Shown: one piece after another, positions 46,094-56,600 of the stretch
Position numbering within the stretch: position 1 is the first letter of the stretch
Layout: every line of letters starts with the position of its first letter
NCBI GenBank assembly: GCA_963665665.1
Contig: OY762428.1
Span: 3,616,001-3,680,000 of the forward strand
DNA length: 64,000 bases
Reading direction: 5' to 3'
From: Candidatus Kapaibacterium sp.
GTDB taxonomy: Bacteria > Bacteroidota > Ignavibacteria > Kapaibacteriales > UBA2268
Made by a program: the position numbers and the translations under genes
Notes under the pieces: model-generated
Databases searched by the model: none
Seen by the model: only the letters and a program-made list of their open reading frames with translations
What the model was told of the DNA's origin: nothing

Positions 46094-48169
46094 ATGAAAT
46101 ACACGAGAAACATACTACTAATTAGTCTTATTCTAATCATTTCCGCATCTGCTGTTGATAGTCAGGTATTGCTTAGAAATGATAAGAAAAATGCTAAGAT
46201 AGTTAATAACGGTACTTTCCGTGTATTGAAAACAGGTTCGATCGTAGGTATGCCCGATACAATTGGTGGAAGGGTAGAATTCATTAGTGATGAAAGAACA
46301 ATGACTCAGGCAGTTCCGAATTCGACTTACAATCAGTTACTAATAACAGGTTCAACGAAAAAATATATTGATTCAGCATGGAATCATAAAACCTTCAACC
46401 CGCTTCGCACCAGGGATTCTCTGATAGTTGATGGCGAAACGGAATTTAATCTTGATTCTGTTGAAGTACATGCACAGGGGCCAATTGCAAATGAAGCCAG
46501 AATCAAGGGACGGAATGACCTTAGAGCAATAAATGAAGTTAATTCTCAGACGATTCAGGGAAAGGGGCTTATCAGAAGGCTTAATATCGATAATCCCCAG
46601 GGCGTTGATGTAGTTAAAGGTGGTGGCTTTAAAATAACCGGGAAATTAGAACTTACCCGCGGGGAGCTTCGCAATGACGCTGATAATAATTTCCATATCG
46701 AGGATTCGGTAAGGATTATCCGCCATACGGGCGCTTCGCTTGCTAATGATCCTGAATTTGACGGCAGGGATATTGCCGTGGAATATGTTGGTGGCGGTTC
46801 TCTTAGTACAGGTCCGGAATTGCCAAATGATTCAACGTTACTTGCCAGCCTGTATAACAAGACATCAGGCGGTGTTTACCTGACTAAATCCGTAACTGTT
46901 AATGATTCGCTGCTTCTTGTTTCCGACATTACTACAAGCCCGAACAGTACTACTTTTAATGATGATATTGTACTTACATATACAAATGACAAATCTCCGA
47001 TATTTACTAATCATGAAGCGGAGATCATCGGTGCTTTCCGAAGAACTAAGATCAGTTTCGACAGCACAAGGGTAATCTTCAATAATCCATATACCTGGGC
47101 TCTCTTTCTAAAGCCGGAGGATGCGAATGGTTCATCTGATATTACATTTCGCGTAAAACCAAAAACATTCCCTCCGTTTTATAAAGGCGAACTTAAGGTG
47201 CGCAGGAGTTTTGAAATCCGTGCCATGGATAGTAACTATGCCAGCATTGAAGAAGGCATAAACATGAAGGTTGGTTACGGCTGGCGTGTTTCAAAAGATA
47301 CGGCTAAGGACGAAAATCACGGGATGCCCTTGCCTGAATTACTATTCCAGCGATGGACAGGCTCGGATTGGTTTGATTACGATAATTCTAAAAAACCGAT
47401 TCTTGATACTCTTCCGGAATGGGCTTATGCCTCGGCCGATATTTCACAATATGGTGATTTTGCAATCGGTTTGCCGGGTGGAATTCAGTTGACACTTGAT
47501 TCCAGAGTTTTGCTTGAAGGGCCTTATCGATATGGATCAATGGCACAGGACCTGAGATTAAAAAATCTTGTTCCTAAAACTCCACCGGATATCTATCCAT
47601 ATAATCTGGATCCTAACCGAAATCTGATTTTCGTGAATCAAATTCCTGATTCCGTTGTTGATTGGATAGTTATGGAATTCAGGCCTTCCTTTACATCAAC
47701 CGACAGGTTCTATCGTACTGCTTTCCTTAGGTTTGACGGCCGGGTAGTTGACCTTGACGGTATATCCCCGGTACTGCTGTCTAAGGGCGGAATTGACTCG
47801 GGTGAGTACTATGTGGCTATTCACCACAGGAATCACCTTGCAGTAATAACTGAAAAGAAAGTTGGCATATATCCTGAAACTGTTCAGAGGGTACTTGATT
47901 TCACCAATCCAAATATACTTATGGGGCGTTTTAGTGCTCTTAAGCCGATCGATGTTACAGAAGAAGGCCGGGCGATATTCGGTATGATAGGCGGTGATAT
48001 AAATGGTGACGGTATTGTTGATGAAAATGATATGATAGGTGTTTGGAGCGATCGGGATTATGAAGGCCAATATCTTAATACCGATACCCGGATGAACGGT
48101 ATTATTCATACCCGGGATTTCAACGTGAGCTGGAACAACCGGGGCCGGGTCAGCAATCTTCCTAAATAA
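46094..48169 (+). CDS. Secreted beta-helix/Ig-like protein with C-terminal LEGPY domain and dockerin-like double Ca-binding loop
   Basis: VLLEGPY, HRNHL, GGDINGDGIVDEND...DTRMNGIIHTRD; the N-terminal half resembles the 865-aa protein. Confidence 0.8.
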   Translation: MKYTRNILLISLILIISASAVDSQVLLRNDKKNAKIVNNGTFRVLKTGSIVGMPDTIGGRVEFISDERTMTQAVPNSTYNQLLITGSTKKYIDSAWNHKTFNPLRTRDSLIVDGETEFNLDSVEVHAQGPIANEARIKGRNDLRAINEVNSQTIQGKGLIRRLNIDNPQGVDVVKGGGFKITGKLELTRGELRNDADNNFHIEDSVRIIRHTGASLANDPEFDGRDIAVEYVGGGSLSTGPELPNDSTLLASLYNKTSGGVYLTKSVTVNDSLLLVSDITTSPNSTTFNDDIVLTYTNDKSPIFTNHEAEIIGAFRRTKISFDSTRVIFNNPYTWALFLKPEDANGSSDITFRVKPKTFPPFYKGELKVRRSFEIRAMDSNYASIEEGINMKVGYGWRVSKDTAKDENHGMPLPELLFQRWTGSDWFDYDNSKKPILDTLPEWAYASADISQYGDFAIGLPGGIQLTLDSRVLLEGPYRYGSMAQDLRLKNLVPKTPPDIYPYNLDPNRNLIFVNQIPDSVVDWIVMEFRPSFTSTDRFYRTAFLRFDGRVVDLDGISPVLLSKGGIDSGEYYVAIHHRNHLAVITEKKVGIYPETVQRVLDFTNPNILMGRFSALKPIDVTEEGRAIFGMIGGDINGDGIVDENDMIGVWSDRDYEGQYLNTDTRMNGIIHTRDFNVSWNNRGRVSNLPK

Positions 48170-48213
48170 ACTCTGATTGAATCCCGGTAAAGGATAAACT
48201 TGAAAAAATAAAT

Positions 48214-49548
48214 ATGAAAAAATATTCATACATACTGGTTTTTATTTTTCTCCTCTGTTCTTCAATAGTGTATTCACAGAACAGGGAGATTCTTGGTATT
48301 GTACAGATCGATGAAGTTAACCTGGTGCAGCCTGATACACTGGAATTTGATATTCTTCTGAAAAGAACATCAGACCGATGGGACAGATGGGCTAACGGCA
48401 CATTCCAATTGGAATTTACTGATACAAACTTCAAGCTGGGCCCTTCTGATATGCAGATTGAATACATTTTTAACAGTTCCGATCTGCCGACTCCGCCACT
48501 ATCAGGTGGTGTACTTCCTGTTGATAGTTATATTATAACACCAAGGATTTTAACTGACAGAATCAGTATTACAATAGCCGGACCGGAACTGTATCCTGAT
48601 GCATCTTATGTTCCCATGGATGATAATGGAATAAAGATCGGCACATTCAGAATTTTTTCCAATTTGGGCCAGAAATTATCTGAGTCACTTGGATGGAAAA
48701 TGCCATCGGATTATTACCAGGCATGTGCATATAAACTGAAAAATGATACTATCAGGCCGATAAATATTCCCTGGGCATTTGAAAATGATAATATCGAAAT
48801 GGATAACCTGCGCTCAACCGGCGTTACTTATGAAAGGATTGATACTATTCCACCGCAGATGGTTCTGAAGTATTTTCATGGTGAATATGTCGGCCTTCGA
48901 AAAGTAAGGTTGTGGTGGGAAACTGAAAGAGAGGCTTACAACAAGGGTTTTGTTCTTACCCGTGGAATTAAGCCGCCTTTCGGAGATGACGATGATACTC
49001 AGTTCAATACTCTGATAGCCAGGTTTGACGATGGAATACAGTGGCACAGGGATTCACTTACCGGGCTTGGAACCAAACGCTATGGCCGTGAATATATTTA
49101 TCCTTTCGATACCGTACCATACAGGGGTGAGGAATATTGCTACCTGCTTCAGTATATTGATTTCAATGATTCACTCAGGCATATTCCTTATACTGACGAG
49201 TATGGTGTATATCATGAAAAAGCTATCAGGTGCATACCTATTCCCAATGCTGTTATTTCTGCTGCAGAAGCCCAGCCAAATCCTTTCCGTGAACAAACCA
49301 CCGTGAAATATCTTTTGGATGATAATGTTTTACTGACTGTATCGGTATTCGACCTTCTTGGCAAGGAAGTCAAGAGGCTTATTGATAAGCAGGAGGTTGA
49401 ACTTGGTTGGCATGAGGTTATTTTTAATGCTCCAGTCGAGGAACTAGCCTCGCAGGGCCTTTACCAGATTGTTTTTATTGCTAATCCTATTGACGATCCG
49501 AACGTGGAAATTTCAAAAGCTATCGTTAAAGTGCAGTTGATAAGATAA
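48214..49548 (+). CDS. T9SS type A sorted protein with N-terminal cohesin-like beta-sandwich
   Basis: LEFDILL...ANGTFQLEF, IKIGTFRI; LWWETERE..NKGF Ig domain; QPNPF...VFDLLGKEV CTD. Confidence 0.7.
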   Translation: MKKYSYILVFIFLLCSSIVYSQNREILGIVQIDEVNLVQPDTLEFDILLKRTSDRWDRWANGTFQLEFTDTNFKLGPSDMQIEYIFNSSDLPTPPLSGGVLPVDSYIITPRILTDRISITIAGPELYPDASYVPMDDNGIKIGTFRIFSNLGQKLSESLGWKMPSDYYQACAYKLKNDTIRPINIPWAFENDNIEMDNLRSTGVTYERIDTIPPQMVLKYFHGEYVGLRKVRLWWETEREAYNKGFVLTRGIKPPFGDDDDTQFNTLIARFDDGIQWHRDSLTGLGTKRYGREYIYPFDTVPYRGEEYCYLLQYIDFNDSLRHIPYTDEYGVYHEKAIRCIPIPNAVISAAEAQPNPFREQTTVKYLLDDNVLLTVSVFDLLGKEVKRLIDKQEVELGWHEVIFNAPVEELASQGLYQIVFIANPIDDPNVEISKAIVKVQLIR

Positions 49549-49609
49549 ACTCTTGATAATATTCAATTTCTAATAAATTCCGGTATTTTATAAATTTTCC
49601 GGAGAAATC

Positions 49610-51535
49610 ATGATCCTGAAACGACACTCCTTTTTCTTAATCATTGTATTATATTCTGCATCCTTTACAGGAGCTTTTAGCAAGTTACAGCTCGTATCGC
49701 CTGCAGTAACTGATACGGTTTTTATTGGCGAGAATATTCTGATACAGTGGGAAGGAGATGAAGGCAGGCCGGTTAACCTGGATTATTCAACTGACATGGG
49801 CGCCGAATGGATTAATATTATTCAGGGATATCAGGGTAGTTCTTATTCCTGGGAAGCTCCATTTCTGGAATCAGTTGACATACGCTTCAGGATTACACTT
49901 GATGAACTGATTAAACCATATATTATCTGGGATACTACAGGCTGCCATAACGCAGAAGTAAGAAGCGCCAGAATAAGCGATGACGATGCATTAGTTGTTA
50001 CATCATCCGATGATGATATAATCAAAATATGGGATATTAACTCCAGAACATTGATAGATTCATATACTCTGAGTATGTCGTTAAATCTTTATAATGCACG
50101 TTTCCACCATGGAACAGATTCAATAATTGCTGCAACAAGCAGCGGATTATTTATTTGGGACAGGAATGCCGGCAGCTTTGAATTATTATCCGGAAGTTCA
50201 TTTACTGACCACGTAAGATCCTGTGCGAGCAGTATATATCAGGATATTGCATTTGGCGCAAGCTATGACGGCAGCGTTAAAGGATTTTCTACTTTTGATA
50301 AATCGGAAATCTATAATTTTCCCGAGCCTTCGAATACCGAGCAATATTGTGTGAATTATTCTCCTGACGGTAGTGCGGTAATTCATTCCGGTTACAATGG
50401 CCTGGTATATTTCCGGTATCTGGATTCACCCGATCCTCCTGTTGTTTTAACGGGGCACGGGGTAAACGGCCAGCGGCTGTTGGTTTGGACGGCCTGTGTA
50501 TCACCGGACAACAGCCTTGCAGCTTCAGGTGGGGTAGATAAAACAGTCAGATTATGGGACCTGCAAACAGGCAATGAGATTATTACCCTTGGAAATCACA
50601 GTGGGCAACTCCGCTCTGTTATGTTTCACCCGAATTCACAATATTTATTATCAGCCGGGCTTGGCGACACACTCAGGCAGTGGAGAATGAGCGATTACTC
50701 GGAATTTACCGATGTGGTTATCGATCACAAGGGACAAATACTGGATGCAGCATATACTCTTACCGGCGATTCGATTATCACAGCCGGAAGGGACAATGGT
50801 TTTAAAATCTGGAAAAACTTTGAATTTACAAATGATGCCGACTCCAGTGAACACCAGTTGAGGTACAGGCTCAGGTTTAAAATACCTCACATATATTCTT
50901 CAGTTCTTTCCCTGGAAGAAATACCAATGATTTGCGAAAGAAAAAAGGGCTATCCGGAGATATTATCGCGTCTTCCTGAGATTGATTTCAGAATACTTAT
51001 ACCCAACAGACTTCTGTTTGTGGATATACCAGGAAAGGTTAAATTTTCTCAGTCCAGGAATGATACCCTGATTGATAAACGGGCAGTAGTGCTAAACGAT
51101 ACGGTCTATACATTTGAAGGGCTGGTATTGCAGGGAGACAGAACATCCGAAGAAATAATAATTGAAAGTATTAATATTCCGAACGACAGCATATTTTATA
51201 TTGAAACTGAAGACGGATCCATAAATATAAGAGAAGAGTGTATAGGAGAATCGGGCAGAGCTGTTTCCTTCATGTCCTATGTCCCCGGTATTAATATACG
51301 TCCCAATCCTGTTGGTAATATTCTGCAGCTTGATTTCAAAACTGTTGCCGACGGTATGGTTACAATTGAGTTGTATGATGAAAGAGGTGCAGCAGTTCTT
51401 GAATTATTCAATAGAAACCTAAAGGGTGGAATTTATAGTATTACACGTGAATTGGACTGTTTGATTTCAGGAGTGTATAATGTCCGTATGGTATGCCCTT
51501 CCGGAATATTTAATCAAAAAATGGTAAAATATTAG
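49610..51535 (+). CDS. WD40-repeat protein with T9SS type A sorting domain
   Basis: LDYSTDMGAEW Ig-like domain; GH...SGGVDKTVRLWD WD40 repeats; RPNPV...GVYNVRM CTD. Confidence 0.88.
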   Translation: MILKRHSFFLIIVLYSASFTGAFSKLQLVSPAVTDTVFIGENILIQWEGDEGRPVNLDYSTDMGAEWINIIQGYQGSSYSWEAPFLESVDIRFRITLDELIKPYIIWDTTGCHNAEVRSARISDDDALVVTSSDDDIIKIWDINSRTLIDSYTLSMSLNLYNARFHHGTDSIIAATSSGLFIWDRNAGSFELLSGSSFTDHVRSCASSIYQDIAFGASYDGSVKGFSTFDKSEIYNFPEPSNTEQYCVNYSPDGSAVIHSGYNGLVYFRYLDSPDPPVVLTGHGVNGQRLLVWTACVSPDNSLAASGGVDKTVRLWDLQTGNEIITLGNHSGQLRSVMFHPNSQYLLSAGLGDTLRQWRMSDYSEFTDVVIDHKGQILDAAYTLTGDSIITAGRDNGFKIWKNFEFTNDADSSEHQLRYRLRFKIPHIYSSVLSLEEIPMICERKKGYPEILSRLPEIDFRILIPNRLLFVDIPGKVKFSQSRNDTLIDKRAVVLNDTVYTFEGLVLQGDRTSEEIIIESINIPNDSIFYIETEDGSINIREECIGESGRAVSFMSYVPGINIRPNPVGNILQLDFKTVADGMVTIELYDERGAAVLELFNRNLKGGIYSITRELDCLISGVYNVRMVCPSGIFNQKMVKY

Positions 51536-51678
51536 GAACTCTTTTTTAGTATAAACATTAGAAACTTTCTGAGCAGTTGGTTGTGTGTGTAAGCCCATAT
51601 TTTTTCGTGCATCTTAATATGAATAATTACCTGAGTAAGGAATTTTAGGACGATCTGTCGAATTTACTTAAAATAATC

Positions 51679-51836
51679 AAAGCCGCCGGAATTCCGACGG
51701 CTTTACTGATTACTACTAATCAGGTAATCCCCTTGGTCAAAACCAAATTTAAACCAAATTACAGGCTCAAAACCACTATCACCTGCAAAATTTTTAATGT
51801 GTGGCGACAGCTTGTGATTATACTAAACTGCCGCCA
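51679..51836. terminator. Hairpins between convergent genes
   Basis: aaagccgccgga/tccgacggcttt (51679-51704) and tggcgacag/ctgccgcca (51802-51836). Confidence 0.6.
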
Positions 51837-51842
51837 TCACGA

Positions 51843-53612
51843 TTATACTCTCTGGCGTTTTATATATGTAGTATGCAGCAATTCGTGTGAACGATGGCTG
51901 AGCGGAGTACCGAGAAACTCTTCGTATATCTGTGTTATTTCAGGGTTCTCGTGTGATTTCCTGAGTGCTTTGCCTTCGTCTTCTTTATAAATTGCTTCGA
52001 TCCTTTTCTTCCTGATTTCGTCGGTTGTAAACCTTGGCTGGCCACCGCCGCCAATACAGCCGCCGGGGCATGTCATTACTTCAACGAAATGGAAAGGTTC
52101 GCCTTTCTTTGACATCTGGATAACTTTCTCGGCGTTGGCAAGGCCGTGGGCCACAGCAACTTTGGCTTCAACTCCTTCAAGGAAGTCCCAGTCGGGTTTG
52201 CAATTTTCAAAGGTAAGGGCTGCTTTTTTAACACCTTCAAGGCCCATGATAGGCTCAACGTGAAGGCCTTCTGTCGGGAGTTCCCTGCCTGTTACCAGTT
52301 CGTAAGCCGTTCTGAGGGCAGCTTCCATAACACCGCCTGTGTTTGCAAAGATGTCGGCTGCGCCGGTTGATGCACCAATGGGAGAATCCATCTTGCTGTC
52401 TGGAAGAAGATTGAAATCGATACCTGTTTGCTTGATCATTTTTGCAAGCTCGCGGGTAGTAATAACATAATCAACGTCGCGGATACCGCTGTCGTTCATT
52501 TCGTCACGCTGATTTTCGTATTTTTTGGCGGTACATGGCATAACAGAAACAACAATGATCTCTTCGATATCCTTAGCAACTTTTTCTCTGAAGTATGTTT
52601 TAGCAACAGCGCCGAACATCTGCTGTGGAGATTTACAGGATGAAAGATTATCAAGCATTTCCGGATGATAATATTCAGCGTATTTAATCCATGCCGGACA
52701 GCAGCTTGTATATTGCGGAAGGGCAACATCTTCTTTTTCTTTCAAAGCTTTTTTCAGCCTCATGAGAAGTTCAGTACCTTCTTCCATAATAGTAAGGTCA
52801 GCCGCAAAGTTTGTATCGAAAATTTTATCGAAACCAAGATGCCTGAGTGCAGTTGTCATTTTTCCGGTTACGAGCGTGCCGGGGGCATAGCCGAATTCTT
52901 CGCCAAGGGCTGCCCTGATTGCCGGAGCTGTCTGGACGAGAACCAATTTTTTAGGATCGTCTATTGCTTCCCATACTTTTTCGACCTGGCTTTTCTCGCT
53001 GATGGCACCAACCGGGCAAACAGCAGCGCACTGGCCACACTGTACGCAGGCCACGTCATCAAGATTACTGGCAAAAGCCGGTCCTATTGTAGAGCTGAAT
53101 CCGCGTCCCTGTGCAAACAAAGCTCCAACGCCCTGAATTTCAACACAAACCGATACGCAACGGCGGCATTTGATACATTTTCCATTGTCGCGAACCAGAG
53201 CGGGAGTTGAATCGTCAATGAATGAAGAAGCTCTTTCGCCTTCATATCTTACATTTTCGATACCGAGTTCGTTTGCAATAGTCTGAAGCTCGCAGTCGTT
53301 GTTGCGGTCGCAAGTCTGGCAGTCGCCGCAATGCTCGCTGAGCATAAGTTCAACAACAGTTCTGCGCGCTTCGCGAACTCTTTTAGTATTAGTTTTAACT
53401 TTCATTCCTTCATTAACAAGCGTAGCGCATGAAGCTGCCAGAGCTTTGCCGCCTTCTATCTCCACAAGGCAAACCCTGCAGGCGCCTTTTGGTGGCATAT
53501 TCGGTATATGGCAAAGAGTAGGAATCCTTACGCCGGCCTGTTTGGCTGCATCGAGTACAGTAGTTCCTTCGGGAACCTGTATTTCGACGTTATTTATATT
53601 TACGTTTACCAT
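51843..53612 (-). CDS. hydA: [FeFe]-hydrogenase catalytic subunit (group A, M3 architecture)
   Basis: H-cluster motifs TSCCPAW, MPCTAKKYE and EVMTCPGGCIGGGGQP; N-terminal 2Fe-2S, His-ligated 4Fe-4S and 2x4Fe-4S domains. Confidence 0.96.
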   Translation of the reverse strand: MVNVNINNVEIQVPEGTTVLDAAKQAGVRIPTLCHIPNMPPKGACRVCLVEIEGGKALAASCATLVNEGMKVKTNTKRVREARRTVVELMLSEHCGDCQTCDRNNDCELQTIANELGIENVRYEGERASSFIDDSTPALVRDNGKCIKCRRCVSVCVEIQGVGALFAQGRGFSSTIGPAFASNLDDVACVQCGQCAAVCPVGAISEKSQVEKVWEAIDDPKKLVLVQTAPAIRAALGEEFGYAPGTLVTGKMTTALRHLGFDKIFDTNFAADLTIMEEGTELLMRLKKALKEKEDVALPQYTSCCPAWIKYAEYYHPEMLDNLSSCKSPQQMFGAVAKTYFREKVAKDIEEIIVVSVMPCTAKKYENQRDEMNDSGIRDVDYVITTRELAKMIKQTGIDFNLLPDSKMDSPIGASTGAADIFANTGGVMEAALRTAYELVTGRELPTEGLHVEPIMGLEGVKKAALTFENCKPDWDFLEGVEAKVAVAHGLANAEKVIQMSKKGEPFHFVEVMTCPGGCIGGGGQPRFTTDEIRKKRIEAIYKEDEGKALRKSHENPEITQIYEEFLGTPLSHRSHELLHTTYIKRQRV

Positions 53613-53635
53613 TTATCTGACTCCTGAATTATATA

Positions 53636-56600
53636 TTAACATTTTCCGTAATCGCAACGAAGACATCTGTGTGCCTGCCTGACTGCTTCAGCTTCTGTCC
53701 ATGGCTGTTCAACTTCTGCGAAGTTATTCCTGCGCCTGTCAACCGAAAGAAGAACCATTTTTCTTCTCGGGTATGGAACAGGATCTGCGTCCGGATCGAA
53801 TGATGTGTCAAGCGGTTTATCTTCGCGCCAGAAGGCATGTTCTTCGCCTGTAAGGTATTTGTCAATACCAACGGCTGCCCTTTCGCCTGCTGCAACAGCT
53901 TCAATAACTGTGCGTTCGGCTTTACCAGCACAGTCACCGCCTGCAAATACCCACGGAATTGATGTTTGGCCTGTCATCTCGTCCACAACGATACTGCTTT
54001 CCCAGAACATGTCAAGTTTAGTTCCGGCTGAGATGAGAGAAACGTCGAAGCTCTGGCCAAGTGCCTGTATAACCTGGTCGCAAGGGATAATAAATGTCTC
54101 ACCCTCTGTAACCGGCCTGCGCCTTCCGGATTTGTCAAATTCACCGAGTTTCATAGAGTTGCATCTCAGGCCTGTAACCTTACCGTCTTCAACAACTATT
54201 TCACGCGGGTTGGTAAGAGGCATAAGTTTGATGCCTTCCTGCAGTGCTTCTTCAATCTCTTCAGCATAAGCAGGCATTTCCTCCTGTGTCCTGCGGTAAA
54301 CAAGAGTTACATTTTCAGCGCCGAGCCTGATAGCAGTTCTTGCTGCATCAGCAGCTGCATTGCCACCGCCCACGACAACAATATTTTTCTTAACAGGTAC
54401 GGAACCTCTCAGGTTATAAGTTTTCAGGAAGTCCATGGCGTTTGTTACATTTTCATTATCGCTTCCGGGCAGGTCAAGGCTGACGCCTCTCGGAGTACCG
54501 ATTCCAAGGAATACAGCTTCGTATCCCTGCTCGCGAAGGTCTTTAATAAGGAAGTCGCGTCCGAGTTTCTTTCCACATTCGATATCAACGCCCATGTTTT
54601 CAATCATACGTATCTCTCGTGCAAGAACTTCACGAGGCAAACGGTATGAAGGAATAGTCTGAACAAGCATACCACCCGGACGATGTTCTGATTCAAATAC
54701 TTTTGGTTTGTAGCCAAGCCTTGCAAGGAAGTAAGCTGCAGACAAACCTGAAGGGCCTGCACCTATTATAGCAATTTTACGGCTGGAATTATTTTCATTT
54801 TCCCTGATTTCGGGAACCTGAACAGTAATTTCCTGGTCTACCATGAAACGTTTTATCGAACGGATTGCAACAGCATCATCAAGAGCAGCGCGGCGGCATT
54901 TCTCTTCACATGCATGGAAGCAGACCCTGGCGCAAACTGCTGCGAAAGGATTGCGTTCCCTGTGAAGCCTGAGAGCTTCTGCATAACGTTTTTCACCAAC
55001 AAGTGAAACAAATCCAGGAACGTCAACATGAGCAGGACATGCGCTTTGGCAGGGTGAGCGTACAAGGCTGGCACAAACGCCTGCTTCACAATGTTTCCTG
55101 CGGATATGATCTTCATATTCTTTACGAAAGTGCCTGATAGTGGAAAGTACAGGGTTCGGAGCTGTCTGGCCTAAGCCGCAGAGAGCAGTATCCCTGATCT
55201 GTTCGCCAAGTTCTATAAGTTTTTCAATGTCGCCTTCTTCGCCTTCGCCTCTTGTAATCCTTTCAAGGATTTCGAGCATACGCTTGGTACCAACACGGCA
55301 TGGAACGCATTTGCCACAGGATTCTTCCTGAACGAATTCAAGGAAGAAACGGGCAACGTCAACCATACATGTATCTTCGTCCATAACGATAAGGCCGCCG
55401 GAACCCATTATAGCGCCGAGTTCATCAAGTGATTCATAGTCAAGCTGAACATTAAGGTTAGCCCTTGGAATACAACCACCTGACGGCCCGCCGATCTGTG
55501 CGGCTTTAAATCTTTTACCACCCGGGATACCTTTACCGATATCATAAACCAGTTCGCCAAGTGTTGTGCCTACAGGTACTTCTACCAGGCCAGAGTTGTT
55601 GATAGCGCCGGCAAGCGCGAATACTTTTGTTCCCTTGCTTTTATCTGTTCCGAATGATGCGAACCATTCGCCGCCATTAAGAAGAATTGCTGAAACGTTT
55701 GCGTAGGATTCAACATTGTTGAGAACAGTCGGTTTGCCCCAAAGGCCCTGGTCTGCCGGGAATGGCGGACGTGGACGTGGTTCACCGCGTTTACCTTCTA
55801 TTGAATGTATGAGGGCTGTTTCTTCACCGCAAACAAATGCGCCGGAGCCCATTCTGATCTCAAGGTCGAAGTCAAAGCCTGAACCAAGGATATTATTTCC
55901 AAGCAGTCCGATTTCCCTTGCGCGGTCGATTGCGAACTGAAGCCTTTCTACTGCCAGCGGGTATTCAGCACGGACGTAAACGTAACCCTGATTTGCACCA
56001 ATAGCAAAAGCGCCGATGGCCATACCTTCAATTACGCTATGGGGGTCGCCTTCAAGAACAGACCTGTCCATGAATGCACCGGGATCTCCTTCATCGGCGT
56101 TACATAATATATATTTCTGATCACTTTCTTTTTTCTTGGCAAATGACCATTTCAGGAATGTGGGGAAACCAGCGCCGCCACGTCCGCGAAGCCCTGATTT
56201 TTTCATTTCCTCGATAACGTCGTCGGGAGTCATTGAAGTAAGTACTTTACCAAGAGCTTTGTATCCGTCGCGTCCAACATAATCTTCAATCCTCAGAGGA
56301 TCAACAATTCCTGAATTCCTGAGAACTATCTTTGTTTGCTTTTTGAAGAAATCAATATCCATCTGAACCGGAACAGGTTTGCCTGTACCTTCTTCTTTCC
56401 ATGTAAGTTCTTCAATAATTTCACCGCCAAGAACATGCTTTTCAATGATATCCCTGGCATTTTCGGGTTGTACGTTCTGGTAGAAAACTTTGTCCTGCCC
56501 CATAACGACAACCGGGCCGCGAACACATGGCCCGAGGCATCCTGTTTCAACAACAGTTACCCTGTTACCGATCTCTTTTTCCTCGATAACTTTTTTGAGT

